Shown piece after piece: positions 22,099 to 33,079 of a DNA stretch of 64,000 nt (the first letter of the stretch is position 1; each line of letters opens with the position of its first letter). The position numbers and the translations under genes were made by a program. Origin of the DNA: Ascoidea asiatica JCM 7603 (taxonomy: Eukaryota > Fungi > Ascomycota); contig BCKQ01000003.1 in assembly GCA_001600695.1 (NCBI GenBank), positions 1,766,392 through 1,830,391 on the forward strand, read 5' to 3'. The notes below the pieces were generated by a model. It was given only the letters and a program-made list of their open reading frames with translations. It was not told where the DNA came from and did not search any database.

Positions 22099-24667
22099 AT
22101 GAGTTCGGAAAAAATAGCACAAGATTCCTCGGATGCAAAAATTTCAACAGATAAAGAAGATATTTCACCAAATGTCGATTATATTGGAAATTATCAAGAT
22201 AAACATATTCAAAATTTATTAGAAAAAACTGGTCATTCAAAGGATGAATTCACAATTTCTAATTTACCTGAAGATACTGAATTTATTTTAAGTAAAATTA
22301 GTTCATTATCCATTGAAAGCAAACAAAATTCTAGAGGATGCTATTGATTATCATGAGGATGACCCCAATTTTCCCGCTGATGATTATAAGCTATTGCATA
22401 CTTTAGTCAATGATCAAAAAAAAGAAGATGAAGATTGGGTCTTTTATTTAAAAGAACTTGCTGCTTTAATCAACTTTCATTCACCATACCCAGAAGTTCG
22501 TGCCGTTACTGATCCATATAATGATTATTATAAACCAATAGAAACTATTAGATCTTATACTTTAGCAATTATCTGGACAATTGTTGGTTCTGGCGTAAAT
22601 GAATTCTTTTCTCATCGTTATCCTTCTATTAGTATTTCTTCTGCAGTTATTCAAATGTTATTATATCCATGTGGTAAATTATGGGAATATACTGTTCCTG
22701 ATTGGGGCTTTAATTTAAGAGGTAAAAGGATTTCCTTGAATCCCGGCCCTTGGGAATATAAAGAACAAATGTTTTCCACTTTACTTTATGCAATTACTTC
22801 TCCTGGTGTTTATATTACTTATAATGTTATTGTACAAAAATTAGGAATTTTTTATGATAATCAATGGGCAGATTTTGGTTTTCAAATTCTTCTAGGTTTA
22901 TCTACACAGTTTCTTGGCTTTGGGATTGCTGGTATTTTGAGAAAATTTGTTGTTTACCCTGTGAGAGCTATGTGGCCAACCATTTTACCAACTTTAGCTT
23001 TAAATAGAGCTTTATTAAAACCAGAAAAGAAAGAATCAATTCATGGTTGGAAACTTTCAAGATATCAATTTTTCTTCATTTTTTTCACAATAATGTTTCT
23101 TCATTTTTGGCTTCCAGATTATCTTTTCCAAGCTTTATCATATTTTAACTGGATAAATTGGATTTCTAAGAATAACTTTAATTTAGCAATAGTTTGTGGT
23201 CAATCTTTAGGCTTAGGTTTAAATCCTCTTCCAACTTTTGATTGGAATGTTGCAAGTTATTTAATTCCTTTAGCTACTCCTTTTTTCTCAACAATGAATC
23301 AAATAGTAGGCATTATGATTGCATTTTTCACCATACTTGGAGTCTACTATTCAAATAACTTTTGGAGTGGCTATTTACCTATAAATTCTAATGCTATTTT
23401 CACAAACACTGCAGAAAAATATCAAGTTACTGAAATTCTAACAGATGGTCTTCTTGATGAAACTAAATACAAAGCATATTCTCCACCATATTATTCCGCT
23501 GCTAATTTGGTTGTTTATGGTGCCTTTTTTGCTATTTATCCATTTTCTTTTTTGTACACTTTTTATATTGATCGAAAATCAGTATGGCTATCACTCAAAC
23601 AAATGAAACTGACATTTAAAAATTGGAAACAATCTAATTTTGAAGGGTTTAATGATCCACATTCAAGAATGATGGCCAAGTATAAGGAAGTTCCTGATTG
23701 GTGGTTTGCAATTGTAGTAGTTGTTTCCTTAGTTTTAGCAATTCTTGCTGTTGAACTATACCCTACTAACACTCCTGTTTGGGCAATTTTCATGGCATTT
23801 GGCTTCAACATTGCCTTTTTGATTCCATTTGCTTTACTTTATGCCACAACTGGATTTGCTCTTGGCTTAAATGTGTTGGTTGAGTTGATTATCGGATATG
23901 CTTTACCAGGTAATGGTATCGCTTTGATGACAATTAAAGCTTTAGGTTATAATATAGGTGGTCAGGCAGATAACTATATTTCCAATCAAAAAATGGCTCA
24001 TTATGCTAAAATTCCACCTATGGCTCTTTTCAGAGGACAAATTCTTACAACTTTTATTCAAGTTTTTGTCGTATTAGGAGTTGTTAATTGGCAAATTGCC
24101 AATATTGATAATTTCTGTGAAACTGGTCAAAAACAAAAATTTACTTGTCCAGGAGAAAAAACTTATTATTCTGCTTCTGTATTTTGGGGAGTTATTGGAC
24201 CAAAGAGAGTATTCAACCATATTTACCCAATTTTACAATACTGCTTTCTTATTCGGTTCCTATTAGCTTTATTTTTCATTGCAGTTAAAAGATTTGCTCC
24301 TAAATTTTTACCAAATACAATTCAACCAACTGTTATAATGGGTGGCTTCTTGAATGTTTTTGCACCATATACCTTACAATTCGTTATTCCAGGTTTATAC
24401 TTGTCATTTGCATTTATGTATTATATCAAAAGAAGATACTTGGCATGGTTTGAAAAATATAATTATGTTTTATCTAGTGCTTTTGATACCGGTGTTGCTT
24501 TTAGTGCCATTATCATTTTTTTTGCTGTTCAATACCATGACAAGTCGATTAATTGGTGGGGAAATACAGTTTCTTTCGAAGGTGTTGATGGTGGTTATGG
24601 TAGACAAACTTTGAAGGATATTACTCAATTAGATAAGGGCTATTTTGGTTATGATACTTGGAGTTAG
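22099..24667 (+). pseudogene. OPT2: OPT-family oligopeptide transporter (Opt2-like) interrupted by a single +1 frameshift near 22315-22319 (pseudogene or sequencing error)
   Basis: ORF 22099-22347 supplies ATG and N-terminus; ORF 22313-24667 has 'YHEDDPNFP', 'HSPYPEVRAV', 'NPGPWEYKEQM', 'WFEKYNYVLSSAF' but no ATG until 22655. Confidence 0.8.
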
Positions 24668-25217
24668 TCTGCCTCTTTTCACATAGCCTTATTAAATTGG
24701 CTATGAATAATTTTTGATTCTATTTTATATCTACCTTTTCTTTAGTTGTCCTTTGAGTATTATTTTTTTCATCTTTTTTATCAAGTTTATTATGAATTAC
24801 ATTTAGTTTATTTTGTTTCTAAATGAATATGTAGGCTAACCGAAAAAAATAGTTTCATTTTTTCAGAAATTGATTTAGAAGAAAATTTTCATGTTAGTGA
24901 ATTGTATTAGTTTATTGATATATCGAAGATCCTAAATCACAGATTGAAATAGCCTAACTACTTTTAATGAAAAGTATATGTAAATGAGCAAATAAAATAT
25001 AATAGTCCATATTAATTATACTATAAAAAGCAATTTTTTTCAAGAAAACCAGGAATATAAAAATTTTTCAAATAAATATATCTAAAAACAATGCAACCAA
25101 AATAAATTTTGGAAGTCAAATAAAACCAAAAAAAGTAAAAAAAGAAAGCAAAAGCATTAAGAGCAATGAAATTTTTTTGAGCAATTACCAAAAAAAAGGA
25201 ATAAACAAAAGTCAAGA

Positions 25218-27806
25218 TTAAACTTCATTTGTACTATCATTATCATGGTTTACATTTTGAGAGTTTGAACTCATGGATAATTCTCTTTTTACTCTCAATT
25301 CTTTATGTCTCTGTTTAATTTCAATTCTTCTTTTCTTTCCAGTATGAGCTTTTATTTCATTTAATCTTTTCTTTTGTTCTTTACCATCCGACATGAATTT
25401 TGGTCTTTCTTCCGAATAACCATCACATTTCAGTCCTAAACGTTGACATTGAGAACAAACAGGTTTTTCTTCAGGGCATTTTTTCCTTCTCAATCTACAA
25501 GTCCAACATCCATTTTTAGATCTTGGAGCTCTATTTTTTTTCAACCGTCTATTGGAACTAGAACTTCTTTTGCAATAACGTTTTTTATTTTTTTTTGTAA
25601 TCTTATTAGAAACTTCATTATGATTCGATTTTGATATTGATCTAGAACCAGAACTTATATCAACTGTAAAAAAATTATTATTCTTGGAAGAAAATTTCGC
25701 TTGATCTAATTTCTTAGCATAATCTTTTTTATTATAGTCGGAAACGTAATTAAGATTATCATCAAATTTAAGCATTTTACTTTTAGCTAATCTTGATCTA
25801 GTTCTAAAAGAAGATGGTAATAAATATACCACATGATTATAATCTTCTTCCTCACTAGATGAACTTTCTAATTCATAATCTGAATCTTTATTGTCAGTAT
25901 CATTTCCAGATTCAGTTTCATGGTCATGATCAATTTCATCATCATCTTTAATAATTTTCTCAATAAGTTCTTGGGAATTTGGTTTTATTTTCAAGTTTTC
26001 ACTATTTTGATTACCTTGAGGAAGGGAAGTAACAAATATTTGTGAAGGCTTATCAATAGTATTTTCTAAAACTTTCTTTTCTTCTTGTATAGAATTTCGT
26101 AGAGGATTTTTGATTTTATTTTTTTCAATATCACTGCTTGAATTGTCATTTAAAATTGGGTAAGTATTAGATTTAATTGGTGATTTAATAATTTGTTTAT
26201 ATTTTAAATGATTTATAGGAGAAGAGTTGATATTATTATTATCATTTATATAATCCATGGATTCATTATCATCACTTGAATTGATATAATCATTATCATC
26301 GATATTATAATCAATATTGTCATCGATATTATCATCAGAATTATCAGGACTATCGTTAACATTTTCACTATTATCAATTATATCAAATTGATTAATATTA
26401 TGAATATTAGAAGCATTGGGAACTTGAATTGATTGATTTTTGATTACAAAATTATAAACATCTTCCAATTCTTCATCATCTTCTTCATCATCATCATCTT
26501 CTTCTTCTTCTTCGTTCTCATCTTTATAATCTTTATCGTTATTTCCATTATTTTCTTCATTTTCGTCGTTATTGTTATCGTTATTGGTATTGTTATCACA
26601 ACTTTTATTAATATTATCATCATCGTCATGATTATCACTATTATGATTATTACTTTTATTATTCTCAATTATAATATTATTATTGATAGTATCATTTGAA
26701 TTATCATTGATATTATCATTGATATTATCATTGATATTATTATTGATATTAAAGTTAAAGTTTTCATTAGAATTTTCATAATCAGTTTCATAATCAGTAT
26801 CATAATCATTTTCTATAATCATAATATTTTCATTAGTAAAATTTATGTTATTACTATTAGTATGATTGCCGTTATTGTTATTATTATCAATATTAATATC
26901 ATCATCACTTGAAATTATTGAAATATCACTTGAATAAAAATTTTTATTTTGATTTAAAAGATTTGAAATTTCTTGACTTGTTTGATTAATATTTTTGAAA
27001 AAAGATAAGTGAGGGTCATTATCAATATCATTATTATTACAAAAATTATTAAGATCGTTATTAATATCATTAATATTGTTAAATTTATCTAAATTTATTG
27101 GAGATTTAGAAGTAAAATGTTTGCTATTATAATTAGTGATATTTGTATTTGTATTTGTATTTAAATTTGAATTTGAATTTGAATTTGAAATTGAAGATGA
27201 GTTAATGTTTATATTATTATTGATATTATTATTGGTTACTGTATCAATGAATAAGGCCGTTGGACTAATAGTTTTTGAATTTGAAGAACTTGAGGGTCTA
27301 ATTATTGTAGTTGAATTAGTTATGGTAGAAGAAGATAAATTATTAAATAAAGATATATTTGAAATATTAGAAAAAATTGAATTATCAATTGAATTATCAA
27401 TAGAATTATCAATAGAATTATTGATTGAACTACTGATTGAATTGCTAATTGAATTATTAATCAAATTTTCAATATCATTTGAAGATAAATTAGTTAAATC
27501 ATTTGAAGAATTTGAATTTAAGAAATTATTTGTCAATTTTAACAAATTTTGTAAATGAGAATTTGATTGATTATTTTTAATTTTTTTTCTATTTTTATTC
27601 TCAATTGAATCTTTCATTGAACTTTCACCTGAATTCTTATTTGAATTTTCTTTTATATTATTTTCTTTTGTATTTGTATCCATAATAGTACCAAAAGAAT
27701 TTTCATTAAAGTGATCATTTTGTGGAAGATTATGAATAATATTACAGTCGAAATCAATAATACTTTGGGAATTGATTAATTGGGAATCAAGTAATTGAGA
27801 AGACAT
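25218..27806 (-). CDS. UME6: Zn(II)2Cys6 transcription factor with C-terminal binuclear cluster, Ume6-like
   Basis: C-terminal 'RSKNGCWTCRLRRKKCPEEKPVCSQCQRLGLKC..RPKFM'; C-terminal position of the cluster and long low-complexity N-terminus are typical of Ume6. Confidence 0.65.
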   Translation of the reverse strand: MSSQLLDSQLINSQSIIDFDCNIIHNLPQNDHFNENSFGTIMDTNTKENNIKENSNKNSGESSMKDSIENKNRKKIKNNQSNSHLQNLLKLTNNFLNSNSSNDLTNLSSNDIENLINNSISNSISSSINNSIDNSIDNSIDNSIFSNISNISLFNNLSSSTITNSTTIIRPSSSSNSKTISPTALFIDTVTNNNINNNININSSSISNSNSNSNLNTNTNTNITNYNSKHFTSKSPINLDKFNNINDINNDLNNFCNNNDIDNDPHLSFFKNINQTSQEISNLLNQNKNFYSSDISIISSDDDINIDNNNNNGNHTNSNNINFTNENIMIIENDYDTDYETDYENSNENFNFNINNNINDNINDNINDNSNDTINNNIIIENNKSNNHNSDNHDDDDNINKSCDNNTNNDNNNDENEENNGNNDKDYKDENEEEEEDDDDEEDDEELEDVYNFVIKNQSIQVPNASNIHNINQFDIIDNSENVNDSPDNSDDNIDDNIDYNIDDNDYINSSDDNESMDYINDNNNINSSPINHLKYKQIIKSPIKSNTYPILNDNSSSDIEKNKIKNPLRNSIQEEKKVLENTIDKPSQIFVTSLPQGNQNSENLKIKPNSQELIEKIIKDDDEIDHDHETESGNDTDNKDSDYELESSSSEEEDYNHVVYLLPSSFRTRSRLAKSKMLKFDDNLNYVSDYNKKDYAKKLDQAKFSSKNNNFFTVDISSGSRSISKSNHNEVSNKITKKNKKRYCKRSSSSNRRLKKNRAPRSKNGCWTCRLRRKKCPEEKPVCSQCQRLGLKCDGYSEERPKFMSDGKEQKKRLNEIKAHTGKKRRIEIKQRHKELRVKRELSMSSNSQNVNHDNDSTNEV

Positions 27807-29279
27807 TTTTTAATGTGAAGGAGGAAAAAACAGAAAAAGGCAAAAAAAAAGGAATCGAACAAAAGAGAAAAAAATAGAATAACAAGAATAAGAAACAGAA
27901 ACAGACGAATCAGAGGCAGAAAATGATTATAAGAATGATGAGATTGATAAATAGATTTTTTGTAAAAGTAATCAACTTATTATTTGTATCCTTAAGGGAA
28001 GGATACTTGATAAGAAGAAAAAGGAGAAAGAAAAAGAAGAATCAGCAGAATCAATAGAAAAAGCACCACGAAGGACAGGGAGGGTTTATATATCAAGACT
28101 AAGAACAGCAGAGAATTTGAATCCCAAAGCAAATATAGAGCAGAAGCAGAAGAAGCAAAAGAAGGAAAGCAAACAATGCAAACAATTTCCCAAAAACAAC
28201 AGAAGAAAAGGAAAAAAAAGAAGAAAAAGAAACATTTGCACCTTCCTTGTTGAACCTTCCTCGCTGCTGGTCTTTGGCGTGTGTAGAAATAAACCCTCTG
28301 CTAATTGAAATCCTCCATTTCAATGATCCTCTGGCACTTGCGACGTCCCGTTGTTTCTGCTGCAGTTGAATCCGAAATTGAAGCTGCGATAAAAATTATT
28401 ACGCAATTTCAGCTCATATTAATCTCTTGGGAAACAGACGTGTCTCCCCTCACTTCATTTTTCTCTTAATTACCTCTTAATTACCCTTTAACTACCTTTT
28501 TATAAGTATTTTAGACAATATTTTGATTAATATTTTAATTGTCCTTTGATTAATTCCAACTCAGCTGCATGAGAAGTGTCAGAACAAGCGCCACATATTA
28601 GCACTATGAATGAGCTGATTTGGATTATGTGTTGTGTTTTATCATATTTTCGACTAACTTTATCTGACGGATTTAATGAATTGGCAGTTTGAAAGAAACA
28701 GCGGAAAATAAAACATTTGAGATATTGCACTTAGTACCCATGAATACATAGTATTTGATGTATTTGGTTTATTTCATAATTAATTGATATTTGATAATTG
28801 AAATCTGTTAAACGTTATATTTAGATGTATCCCTGTCTTCTGTCATTCAAACAATAGAAATTGTAATCTTCTCTTGTTGCTATGACATTGTTTTTCCCTG
28901 GGTAATTGAAGTCTCGGTTTGGAAACTCCTGGGTCTTAATTCATATTTGTATATACAGCCTTAGCGCGGCGTTTAAAGAGGCTGTGCTGAAATATATTAC
29001 CCATTGTGTTGGTAGTCCAGATCATCGGTTATACGAGACCCGGCTATACGACCAGTAACCAATGCTGCATTAAAATTTAGGAAAATCATACTTCCGATAA
29101 TCGAGCCAAAAAGATTGAAGGAACCTCTAAAAGATATGAAATTACAGGCACAAATAAAAAAGCATAAAAGTAAACTTTTCTTTCTTTCTTATATTTAGAT
29201 TTATAATATTCTTATATTATAACTTTATATTCAATTTCATTATCATTTTATTTTATTATCAGTTAAAAATCAAAAAAAT

Positions 29280-30809
29280 ATGCCTTCAAAAACTGAGTTG
29301 GATGAAGATACTGAAGATGCTTTAATTCTCGATTCTAAATATCCAAATTATAAACATTTATTTAATATTCCAACTTTTCAATCTTTAGAAATTCCAACGG
29401 ATTCAATCAAGCATCAATCTGAAAATTTAAATAATCAATCTTCTTCAATTTATTTTTGTGGAAATTCATTAGGTTTAATGCCGAAAGAAACAAGAAATGC
29501 AATAAATATTGAATTAGATGCTTGGTCTCAAAAAGCTGTTGAATCCCATTTTAATCATCCATTTAAATCACATAATAAAACTTGTTGGATGGATATTGAT
29601 TTACCTTTATCCCCTTTATTAACTGATTTATTAGGAGCAAAAATTGATGAAATTGCAGTAATGAATTCTTTAACAACAAATTTAAATTCTTTATTATCTA
29701 CATTTTATAATCCAAACCAAAATAATGAGAAAAATAAAATATTATTTGAGAAAAATGCTTTTCCTTCTGATTATTATGCTTTTTTAAATCAAGTTAAACT
29801 AAAAGTTTGTAATAATAATGATGACAATAATACCATTTACAAAAATTTTCCTCCAGAATCTTTTTTATTACAATTAAAACCAAAAGAAAATGAATTTTTT
29901 TTAAATACAAATGATATTTTAGATTATATTCAAGAAAATCATAAAAGAATTTATTTAATTTGTTTACCTGGTATACAATATTATACTGGTCAATTTTTTG
30001 ATATTGAAAAAATTACAAATTTTGCTCATAGATTTAGTATAATTGTTGGTTGGGATTTAGCTCATTGTGTTGGTAATGTAAAATTGAATTTACATAATTG
30101 GAATGTAGATTTTGCTTGTTTTTGTTCTTATAAATATTTAAATTCAGGTCCTGGTTCAATTGGTGGAATTTTTATAAATCAAAAATTTTTTTCAAAAAAT
30201 ATTGAAAATAAAAATTCAGATTATTTACCAAGATTAGCAGGTTGGTGGGGTAATGATCCAAATCAAAGATTTTTAATGAAAGAAGAATTTAATCCAATCT
30301 CAAATGCTTTAGGATTTAGACAAAGTAATCCTTCTGTAATTAATACTGTTTCTTTACATACCTCTTTAAAAATTTTTAATAATATTGGTTTTGATAATTT
30401 GATTAAAAAATCAAATCAACAAAAAAGTTTTTTATTAAATTTATTAAAAAAATCAAAATTTTTTATTAATCCAATCGAATTTTATCAAAATTCTTTAAAT
30501 ATTAATGAAATTGATTATCCTTCTTTCACTATTATAACTCCGTTTGATATAAATCAAAGAGGCTCTCAAATTTCTTTATTATTTTTCCCTTTAAATCCAT
30601 CTTTGAATAAATCTTCAAATAAAATTTTAAAATCTAATAATGATTTAAACACAATGGAATTAATTAATGAATATTTGAGATCTTTTGGTATAATCTGTGA
30701 TGAAAGAAGACCAAATGTCATAAGACTTGCTCCAACTCCTCTTTATAATACATTTGCTGAGATTATTTATGTTGCTGATAAATTAAATGAAGCTTTTGAA
30801 TCCCTTTAA
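29280..30809 (+). CDS. BNA5: Kynureninase (PLP-dependent; de novo NAD+ synthesis)
   Basis: 'YFCGNSLGLMP', 'AFPSDYYA', 'GWDLAHCVGN', PLP-Lys 'CSYKYLNSGPG', 'LAGWWGN', 'DERRPNVIRLAPTPLYN'. Confidence 0.96.
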   Translation: MPSKTELDEDTEDALILDSKYPNYKHLFNIPTFQSLEIPTDSIKHQSENLNNQSSSIYFCGNSLGLMPKETRNAINIELDAWSQKAVESHFNHPFKSHNKTCWMDIDLPLSPLLTDLLGAKIDEIAVMNSLTTNLNSLLSTFYNPNQNNEKNKILFEKNAFPSDYYAFLNQVKLKVCNNNDDNNTIYKNFPPESFLLQLKPKENEFFLNTNDILDYIQENHKRIYLICLPGIQYYTGQFFDIEKITNFAHRFSIIVGWDLAHCVGNVKLNLHNWNVDFACFCSYKYLNSGPGSIGGIFINQKFFSKNIENKNSDYLPRLAGWWGNDPNQRFLMKEEFNPISNALGFRQSNPSVINTVSLHTSLKIFNNIGFDNLIKKSNQQKSFLLNLLKKSKFFINPIEFYQNSLNINEIDYPSFTIITPFDINQRGSQISLLFFPLNPSLNKSSNKILKSNNDLNTMELINEYLRSFGIICDERRPNVIRLAPTPLYNTFAEIIYVADKLNEAFESL

Positions 30810-30849
30810 ATACTTTAGAACTTCAAATTTTTAATACATTCTGTTCTAC

Positions 30850-32619
30850 CTATTTGTTAATCTTACTTATTAATGTTATGATATATTTCAAATCTGTCAA
30901 TAAAAATTTGCAAGCCATTGTCCATTCTTTATCATATAATTTTGATCCAAGTTTAACACTTAAATTTTCAATATTTCCATTTAAATTAAATTTATTTAAA
31001 TTGTCATTTATATTATTATTAGAAAAAGTAGAGTTAGATGAATTGGAAGAATTTGAGGAGTTTGAGACATTTGAGTTATCAACCATGTTAATTTTATAAG
31101 GTAAATTATTCAAATTATTATTTGTTGATTTTAAATTGATGAATATTTTATTTATTATATCCAAAATTGCAATTAAACTTAAATCAAAAGTTTTATAAAT
31201 TAAAATTCTTTCAAATTGAGAATTTCCATGAGAATAGCAATTTAAAATTTGATTTTTTTTGTAAATAATTATTGAATAAGATCCCAAAGGTTTAATTTGA
31301 TAAATATTAGTAATATTTTGAAAATTTAAATTTAAATTTTCAGTACAATTTATTATAAAATATAATAAATGAACAATTTCGCCCATTGCAGAATTAATTT
31401 CAAACCATTGAACTTTATCATTTTTCAAATTTCCTAATTTAAATCCATTTATTGTACCAAATAAGCCATTATATGAAATACTAAAAACATCATTAATTAT
31501 ATTTGATTTAATTAGTTTATTCAAATTCAAATTTTTGAATGTTAAAATTTGTATTAAAACTAGTTTTTTGGAGATCAAATTTGATAAATTAAAATTGAAT
31601 AAATTTTTTGACTTTAAAAATTTTAAAAAATTTTTATTATTTATTAACTTCAAATTTTTCTTTAGTACTAGTAAGTTATTTGATAAATCAAAATTTTCTA
31701 TTTCATAACTTTTCAATTCATTGATTAAATCTTGGTAGGTTAAATTCATATCATCCAAATCTAATATATTGTTATTATTCTCTTTATTGTTGTTGTCAAT
31801 ATTTGTATTATTATTCAATGAGTTTAGAAAATTCAAATAAGTTTTTTTATCACTTGATAGATCCAGTAATTTTGAGTTTAATTCATTGGTCAACATTTTA
31901 GAACAATCCAAGCAAATTGGGTAATCTATATCAGAAAGCAGAGACAATTTATCAAAAAGATCTTCCAATAATAAAAGTTTACTATTACTATTATTATTTT
32001 TATTATTAACGTTATTATGACTTTCATTAGGACTATCATTAGAATCAGGATTAAGATTAGATAACGAGTTATTTAAGCTTGAATCAACTGTAATTTTATC
32101 TAAGGATTGATCATTAAAACTATTTTGTGTCATTGCTTGTTGGAATATGGAAAATTTGGAATCAGGTATATTATAATTATTTTTAACATTGATTAAATCC
32201 AGATTTTTTTTATCAATTTGATCACCTTGGTTATCAGTTTTTAAGGACTTTGATAAAATACTCGATTCAAAATTCTTTTGGATAGAAACCTCGAGTCCTG
32301 ATAAACCATTAAGTAAAATATTTTGATGGGCCAGAGATAATTTCATCAATGAAGGATGAATTGTAAAAGGGGTATTACAACGGGTACATTTATAAGAGGA
32401 CAGCGAAGATAATGGATTATGCAAAACTTGTATAGGTAAATCAGAAGTTGTAACACTTGAAATTTGAACTGGATTAGAATTGAGACTAGAATTTAGATTG
32501 GAATTGAAATTATGAAGGCTATTATGATTAATATTCGAATTGTGATTGGAATTGAGATTTTGAAGGTTAGAATAACTATCAGATTGGTAATAAACCGAAT
32601 CTATTGATAAAGAAGACAT
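30850..32619 (-). CDS. VPS30: Beclin-1 orthologue Vps30/Atg6
   Basis: 'YKCTRCNTP', 'DIDYPICLDC', BARA domain 'FGTINGFKLG..VQWFEINSAMG', 'EWTMACKFLLTDLKY'. Confidence 0.9.
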   Translation of the reverse strand: MSSLSIDSVYYQSDSYSNLQNLNSNHNSNINHNSLHNFNSNLNSSLNSNPVQISSVTTSDLPIQVLHNPLSSLSSYKCTRCNTPFTIHPSLMKLSLAHQNILLNGLSGLEVSIQKNFESSILSKSLKTDNQGDQIDKKNLDLINVKNNYNIPDSKFSIFQQAMTQNSFNDQSLDKITVDSSLNNSLSNLNPDSNDSPNESHNNVNNKNNNSNSKLLLLEDLFDKLSLLSDIDYPICLDCSKMLTNELNSKLLDLSSDKKTYLNFLNSLNNNTNIDNNNKENNNNILDLDDMNLTYQDLINELKSYEIENFDLSNNLLVLKKNLKLINNKNFLKFLKSKNLFNFNLSNLISKKLVLIQILTFKNLNLNKLIKSNIINDVFSISYNGLFGTINGFKLGNLKNDKVQWFEINSAMGEIVHLLYFIINCTENLNLNFQNITNIYQIKPLGSYSIIIYKKNQILNCYSHGNSQFERILIYKTFDLSLIAILDIINKIFINLKSTNNNLNNLPYKINMVDNSNVSNSSNSSNSSNSTFSNNNINDNLNKFNLNGNIENLSVKLGSKLYDKEWTMACKFLLTDLKYIITLISKINK

Positions 32620-33079
32620 TATTCATGAGAAGCATTCACAGTTTTAGTTTTAAAACAAAATATATCACAAATGTTGATTAAGTTCCAATTGTAAAAAATA
32701 AAAATAGAGCAAAAATTGAAATTAATATCAATTATTAATTCATTGTTTGTCATTGCAATAAATATAAATAAATTTTAAGACCTAATAGTCTGTAACGTTA
32801 AAGTACCGACAAAAATCAAAAATTAGGATTTACTAGCTTACGTAATGCATCCTTATAAATGGTTCCGTAAATGCATGTAAATGCCTATTTATGTCTGCGG
32901 TTTTTTTTTTTTACTATCAAAAAAATATATTTTTATTTTATTTTTATTTTCATTTTTCACTTTTGACAATTTTGAAGTTGGAGATACTAATACTGTAAAT
33001 AATTGAAAAAAAAATTATCCAACTTTATTTTGCTTTCTGAATTGAAGGCATTTAAGATAAAGTATTTTTCTAATTCAAA

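Noticed and set aside
22292-22319. 28-nt GT..AG segment that would restore the OPT frame
   Set aside because: Too short for a yeast intron, has no branch point, and would delete plausible coding residues.
28099-28730. Short ORFs between UME6 and BNA5
   Set aside because: Purine-rich or low-complexity promoter sequence with non-ATG starts.
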